From positions 736,292-800,291 of the forward strand of contig OZ287707.1 in the NCBI GenBank assembly GCA_965649825.1: a DNA stretch of 64,000 nucleotides, given 5' to 3'. This document shows, piece by piece, positions 58,593 through 64,000 of this stretch; position 1 is the first letter of the stretch; every line of letters starts with the position of its first letter. The position numbers and the translations under genes are program-made. Source of the DNA: Penicillus capitatus. Its lineage: Eukaryota > Plantae > Chlorophyta. Below the pieces are notes generated by a model that made no database searches, was not told where the DNA came from, and worked only from the letters and a program-made list of their open reading frames with translations.

Positions 58593-60267
58593 TTATTTTT
58601 CAGATTCTTTCGTCGCAGATGTGGATGGGCCCCCGGATGTGCGGTTTTGAAAATCCTGCTCTTTCATTTTTCGCTTGTTCATGAGCAGGTGACTCGTTCC
58701 GTTGTGAATAACATCGATACTCACGATTTCCTGCTCTGTCACAGGAATGCGTTGCTTCCAGGGTTCTCCATCGATTTGCATGTACATAGATTCGATCTCC
58801 CCGGCCGGATCTGTTTTCATTCTTTGTGCCCGAATGCGGGCGGCTTTTCCCTGACCCAAGCGCATACAGTGTGTCATACCCACCATCACGAATCCCGTAT
58901 GCCATCCAGTGCGGAAACCGACCACTTCAAAGAGGCCATCGTCCAGAGAGGGATCCGCTAGACCCCTTTCCTTTTCTGTTCTGGAAAGCTTCCCCTTTCC
59001 CCAGATGTTGCGTCCACCAGCATAGCTCTGCAGATTGACCAAGACAATGGCCTTGACAATGTCGGGGATTTCAATCGCTTTCCATTCGTTGCTGTTGGTC
59101 AGAATCTCGATCTTTATAAAGCGATTGACGGGAGGATTGAGACTATTGCAACAGCAAAACCATCCTATGTAAACAGCCATCGCTGTGAGCTTGAACAGAC
59201 GGCTGCTTAGATGTACCTACCTGATTGAACGCCATAGAAGCTGTACCAGAATTGATTGACCAATCGTCCCGATGCCAATTTTGGATGGTCTTCTCTCAAA
59301 TGATGAAAACCATACGCCGATTGAGCATCCATGCCAATACTCAGATAGTTCCAAGCGCAACCGGTAACGTGGCTTTCCTCTTCGGAGACGACTCTCAGAC
59401 TGTGGGGCAGATCTGCGAGATACTCTTTGCTAGGGCCACGGATGTCAATCTGCCAGCAGTCCAGTTGCTTGCTCATGCCATCGGACATCTCTTTCAAGTG
59501 GTCATACAGTGCATCCGTATTCTTGATCCATTTAGGTTTGAACGTGTGTCCCCATTTGTAGGTCCTTGACAAATCATTGCCTAAGAGTATCAACCGTCGG
59601 ATAGAAGAAGACTGAGCACAGATCCAGTCACCTGTTCCTAACGGGACAATGGCCACGGCCGGTGGTGGGTCGAGATTGAGATCTTTAATCACTTTCAACA
59701 CCCATGCCACTGTTCCGTCTCCACCGCAAGCCACAATCTTCATCCGCTTCTTCATTTCGGACACCCTTGGATCTTTCATCTTCTCTAGTTTGTCAAGATT
59801 CTCCCAAATCTTCTTCAGAATGACATCGGGTCTGTCTTTCAACACATCGTACACCTGGCAGAGCGCGCCATTGGACATCTTCTGTGCATGGAACATTGGT
59901 ACTTGTGCATTGCCAAGGGCGCGATGGAGTGATGTGAGGAGCTCTGGACCTGCTCGTCCACCAGACCTTGCATTAATGAATGCAATCATTGGGGACTCTG
60001 CAACATCGTAGAGCGCTCTGTCCTTTGTGCCTTCCAAAACTTCTGGAGGAAACCTACTCCCACAGACGCGTTGTCACATCGACGTCAATAAAGCCAACCA
60101 ACCAATAAGGCTCGCGTAGGTCTGTTTCTTTTCTTGAAGCCTGGTACGATGCATCGTCCACTACTGGCAAAATCAACTACGCCAACCGCAAGGACGCATT
60201 GGGATTGAAACACAGACAGCAACAACGGAGACACCTCGTGTCGAGGGGATTTCGATGAGGACGACAT
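58593..60267 (-). CDS. DGK: Diacylglycerol kinase (plant DGK5-like)
   Basis: AFINARSGG, VACGGDGTVAW, VPLGTG|NDLSR, NYLSIGMDA, NLQSYAGG, DDGLFEVVG, MQIDGEPW. Start approximate. Confidence 0.93.
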
Positions 60268-60353
60268 GTTACAGAGAATCACGAAAACCGCAGGAAAGCG
60301 CCTTAACAGCACAGTATTGACGAAGGTTTAGGTAATGACGCCGCGAGATGATG

Positions 60354-61923
60354 TCATTCGTCGCGTCGAGATTGACGGATTTTCTGCTCGATACCGATGA
60401 GCGACGACTGAATTTTCTGCAACTCATTCTCGAGCTCCGCCGTCGAAGAACAGGCCTTGAGGTAATCGCGCCCGTCTTCGCTATCGAACATCGGCATTCG
60501 GTTCTCCAGATCTTGCAGCATGCGATCCAATCGATCGTCTTCGCCGAGGCGTTCGATAAGTCGCATCTGATGGAGGCGGCGATCGATCACAGACACTTTT
60601 TTTCGAAGAAGCGAAACGTCGTTGACGAATCCCTCGACGTCTTGACTGCGACGCGTTTCGAGCTTCTTGTTCACAGATGTCAACTTCGATAGTTTATTCT
60701 CGAGCTGTGTGATGCGTTCCTCATACTCTCCTTGTGCGCATTCAAATGTCTTTTCGAGTGCAAAAATCTTGTTCTGCTTGTCCTGAACCTGTTAAAGGCG
60801 AAATGTATGCACTTGAGTCGAGCATCCCTGTTGTTATCTTACCTGTTCCTGGAATTTTGCGACGTAGGTATCAATCGCTTGCTGTGTCGTCCGTTGGATA
60901 TTCAGCATCTGCGACGTTGCGCGTTCTTTCATCTCACAGAATCTGCTGCCGAATTCCTCTTTCGTCTTCGAAAGGTCCGTTTCGGCCGTGACCGCCCTCG
61001 CCTCGTTCTCTTGTTTCTCCCGGCGCGCTACGGAACGAAAGAAAACTCAAGATCGCGAGAGCACAGGAGAGAAGACAGATACCTATAATGTAATCGCGTG
61101 TGCAGTGCCGCAGCATTTCTTCGAGTTTCTGAACCTTGTGCGCCGACAATTCGATCTGCTGTTCATAATTCTGTCGATGACTCGCCATTCTCTCCTCACT
61201 CATACGTTTGTCACGAAGCAGTGCCTCCTCTCTCTCTGCCGCGTATTGTCTCTAGAGTCGGATGATGTGACGGCATCGAGCAACAAGCATACAATACCTG
61301 CTCGTTCAGTTGAGCCTGCAGCGATTCCACTTTCAGTATCAGCGAATCCGCATTGGCCGTTGGCAAGTAGACCGTCCGCAGCATCCTTTCGCCTTGTGCA
61401 TCTCGTGGGCGCACTTCAATGGCGTCCGGTTTGTTGTTTCGAAGATAGGTGATCTCCTGTTCTCCAGTTTTCGTCAACGACAGCAGGTACTGGATCTTCT
61501 TCCGATCTTCTTCGCTTCGCAGTTTGAGGTCGTCGTTTTCGCTCTGAAGTTTCAGCAGACGACTGCGTTCGCAGAACAGAGCGTCGTTTGCTGAACTGAG
61601 TGCCTGGATGAGGGGATACTCAGGTTCCGTCTGTTTCTGCCGGATATTGACCGTACCTTCTGCAGTTCCCATATCTCGCTCGATCTCTGTTTGTTCTCCC
61701 ACTCCAATCGATGGTGGTCTTTTTGGTCGACAGACAATTGTTCAATTCTTTTCAGCAGATCCTCTCTCTCCGAATCGAAATCTCCTAATCCACCACCCAT
61801 TGTGATCACAGCCAGACCCCTGTCGGCATTATGACCGATGCGCTGTTTGTAGTAGTTAAGGAGCTCTTTAGCTGGAAGAGACGCCTCGATGGATACCTCA
61901 GAGGCATCACGGTCGTCTGCCAT
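60354..61923 (-). CDS. CCDC77: CCDC77 coiled-coil protein
   Basis: LPAKELLNYYKQRI, HRLEWE...EIWELQK|ALSSA..LFCER..LLKLQSENDDLK...EDRKKIQYLL, RTVYLPT...LILKVESLQAQL, EGFVNDVSLLRK. Confidence 0.85.
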
Positions 61924-62025
61924 GACGTGCCTGTCCACGAAACGCGTCAAATCGTTTGATGTGACACATTGTGGCTGTCTCGTCTGTGCCTTTCATTCTC
62001 TGTGCGTGTGTGTCTTGTTTTCTCG

Positions 62026-62863
62026 ATGGCATCGAACCGTCTTCCCGTCGTCCCCACCGTCACTGTTCTCGCACAAATCAAGACGCGCCTCGTCGCTGCT
62101 ACAAAGGGCCATGCACTTCTCAAGAAGAAAGCAGACGCCCTTACTGTCCGTTTTCGCGCGATCCTAAAAGAAATCATCGCCGCCAAAGAAACGATGGGCG
62201 AATCTCTGCGCGACTCCTTTTTCTCCCTCATCGAAGCCAAATACGCAGCAGGCGATAAAATGAAACATACAGTGCTGGATAATGTCGACCAGGCCAACAT
62301 TCGCGTGTCTGCCCATACAGAAAACGTGGCAGGGGTCAAGATTCCCAAGTTCGCACAATCTGAAGGCAGTGCCGACTCGAAGATGGAACTGACTGGACTG
62401 GGATCCGGAGGACAGCAGATTCAGAGCTGCCGAAAGGCCTTTTCGAGTACCATCGAGCTCCTGATTGAACTGGCCAATCTCCAAACCGCCTTCATGACAT
62501 TGGACGAAGCACTCAAAGTCACCAACAGACGTGTGAACGCCCTCGAGAACGTTGTGAAACCGCGTCTGGAAAACACCATCTCCTATATCAAGGCACGCTT
62601 TCTTGCTCTTGTTTAACCACAATGACACGTGTGTAGGGCGAGTTGGACGAATTGGAGAGAGAAGAGTTTTTTCGACTGAAGAAAGTGCAGAACAAGAAAG
62701 AACGGGACTTGAAGAAAAAGATACAGGCACAGAAAGCGGTAGGCTCTACGGTTGCCCATTTGCTGGTTGGGATATGGTTGGTGCTTCTTAGGCGGAGCTT
62801 GCACATGCCGCACAGGTTGAGACGATGATTGCGACGGGCCAAGACGAGGATGTGGTTTTCTGA
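62026..62863 (+). CDS. VHA-D: V-type H+-ATPase subunit D
   Basis: VVPTVTVL...ATKGHALLKKKADAL, ENVAGVKIP, LANLQTAF.TLDEALKVTNRRVNALE, YIK|GELDELEREEFFRLKK. The intron after YIK is GC-AG. Confidence 0.97.
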
Positions 62864-63442
62864 TTCCTCCCGCGCCGTGTCTTGTTATTTCTTTTGGCGT
62901 ACGTCTTTCGTGTGTTTTGAAGTGCTGTTTGTTCTACATGAGATGAATGTCTCATTCACATGATGTCAGGAAAGGGATCTAAGGTCTTGGTAAATATTCT
63001 TCCGAATACGATGCCGCTCACAAAGTCATGTTTGAGAAAGGCACAACGTCATGTGTCGTCATGAAACAAAGCAAAACGGCCGAATGAGAAGCGCTACGAT
63101 TCTGTGGTCGTGTATCAATAGATCAATCGTCTTCGTCACATGAACCAGTCAGGGGCAAAAACGATGATAAGGTAAAAAGACCTTAAGAGGATAGGTGGAT
63201 GAATATGACGAAATCAAAAAGGGTCTCCCAAACAGCAAATGGGAAGTGGTATGACAAAATAGATGCGTATGTACGAACTTGATCGCTTGGCTAAGTCGAT
63301 GATGATTTTGTCAGTCGAGCTTGTGATACTTTGTTGCGCTGTGCATCATGCGTTTGTTGGATAACGGCCTTTTGTGTTTAAGGACAGACGCCAACATTCG
63401 ATTCAGGCCGCGTAAGATCTGCATGTGTGACATGTATGAGTT

Positions 63443-64000
63443 TCATGTGGAGGACAACATTTGATTTACCTCGGTTTTCGGATTGAATCCCTCACTGGTA
63501 TCTTTGCGAGAAGCCGGCGGATAATTCACCCACTCCTTCGACAGTTCATACAGTTTCTTACGCAAATCATGATTCCTCCTCCCTCGGCGTTTTGTCCAGC
63601 GACAGTTCGAGCAGTGAGGACTGTCTCTTCGCGGTACTTTACGATCCAAGCAACCAAAAAGAACAGTCGCCGCTCCTGCCATCAGCTGCCTTATGCACCA
63701 TCGATGCGTCGGGCAATGTGCCGTACCTTGTTGAGGTTTCTTCATGAACATGCTGACGAACGCTATGACTATGAGAATGAGGGGATTCAGATTCTTGATG
63801 ATCCATGTGTACGTCAGCCCTGGATCGGCACTGACGACTGTCACATCAGTGTCACGAAGGCGGGCGCCCAATTCCTGCACGGCAGTCATACGTCATCTCT
63901 GATGGATGGATGCATGCGTAGAGAGAGACTTCTGCAAAGAGTTGCAGGGCAAACTTAGACTGATAATATGCCTTGTACAAATTGTGGCCCTGTTTCTTGC
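63443..64000 (-). CDS. Short-chain dehydrogenase/reductase (RDH11/12, Tic32-like), 3' part; gene begins beyond the window
   Basis: Catalytic YxxxK in AYYQSKFAL, then ELGARLRDTDVTVVSADPG, KKPQQG|AATVLFGCLD, DLRKKLYELS. Confidence 0.85.

Noticed and set aside
10900-62030. Trans-splice acceptor sites upstream of start codons
   Set aside because: Inspected starts mostly lack a pyrimidine tract plus AG just upstream, so there is no independent support for genome-wide SL trans-splicing from this window.
1-64000. Non-standard genetic code (TAA/TAG = Gln, as in some ulvophytes) to explain the stops in the first 8 kb
   Set aside because: Conserved genes end at expected positions with TAA (CUL3, flavokinase, HISN3), TAG (rpl22, RWD) and TGA (V-ATPase D), and have no internal TAA/TAG. 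The stops in the accessory zone come with frameshifts.

Overview
Gene-dense eukaryotic nuclear DNA with many short (about 43-60 nt) spliceosomal introns and the standard genetic code. A nucleus-encoded plastid rpl22, plastid-type LepA, DUF760 and DUF4336 genes, flagellar-type genes (SHIPPO/ODF3-like, CCDC77) and a chlorophyte-type polycystin-like segment point to a compact-genome green alga. A siphonous ulvophyte is a guess. The first ~8.8 kb is an accessory zone containing a decayed amino-acid-permease gene, tandem repeats, two structured 89-nt direct repeats that each start at a strong splice donor, and a stop-riddled spliced gene with motifs resembling a KDZ transposase. An intronless, cyanobacterial-type SAM methyltransferase follows. 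From ~10 kb to the end there are about 30 tightly packed, mostly housekeeping genes. The main oddities there are a ~1437-aa NACHT-HEAT (NLR-like) gene with atypical catalytic motifs, a SAM-methyltransferase/riboflavin-kinase fusion, a pore-less polycystin-like fragment, and start or stop codons of neighbouring genes often only 8-60 nt apart. Exon boundaries were inferred by eye and family assignments come from motif recognition; no database search was run.
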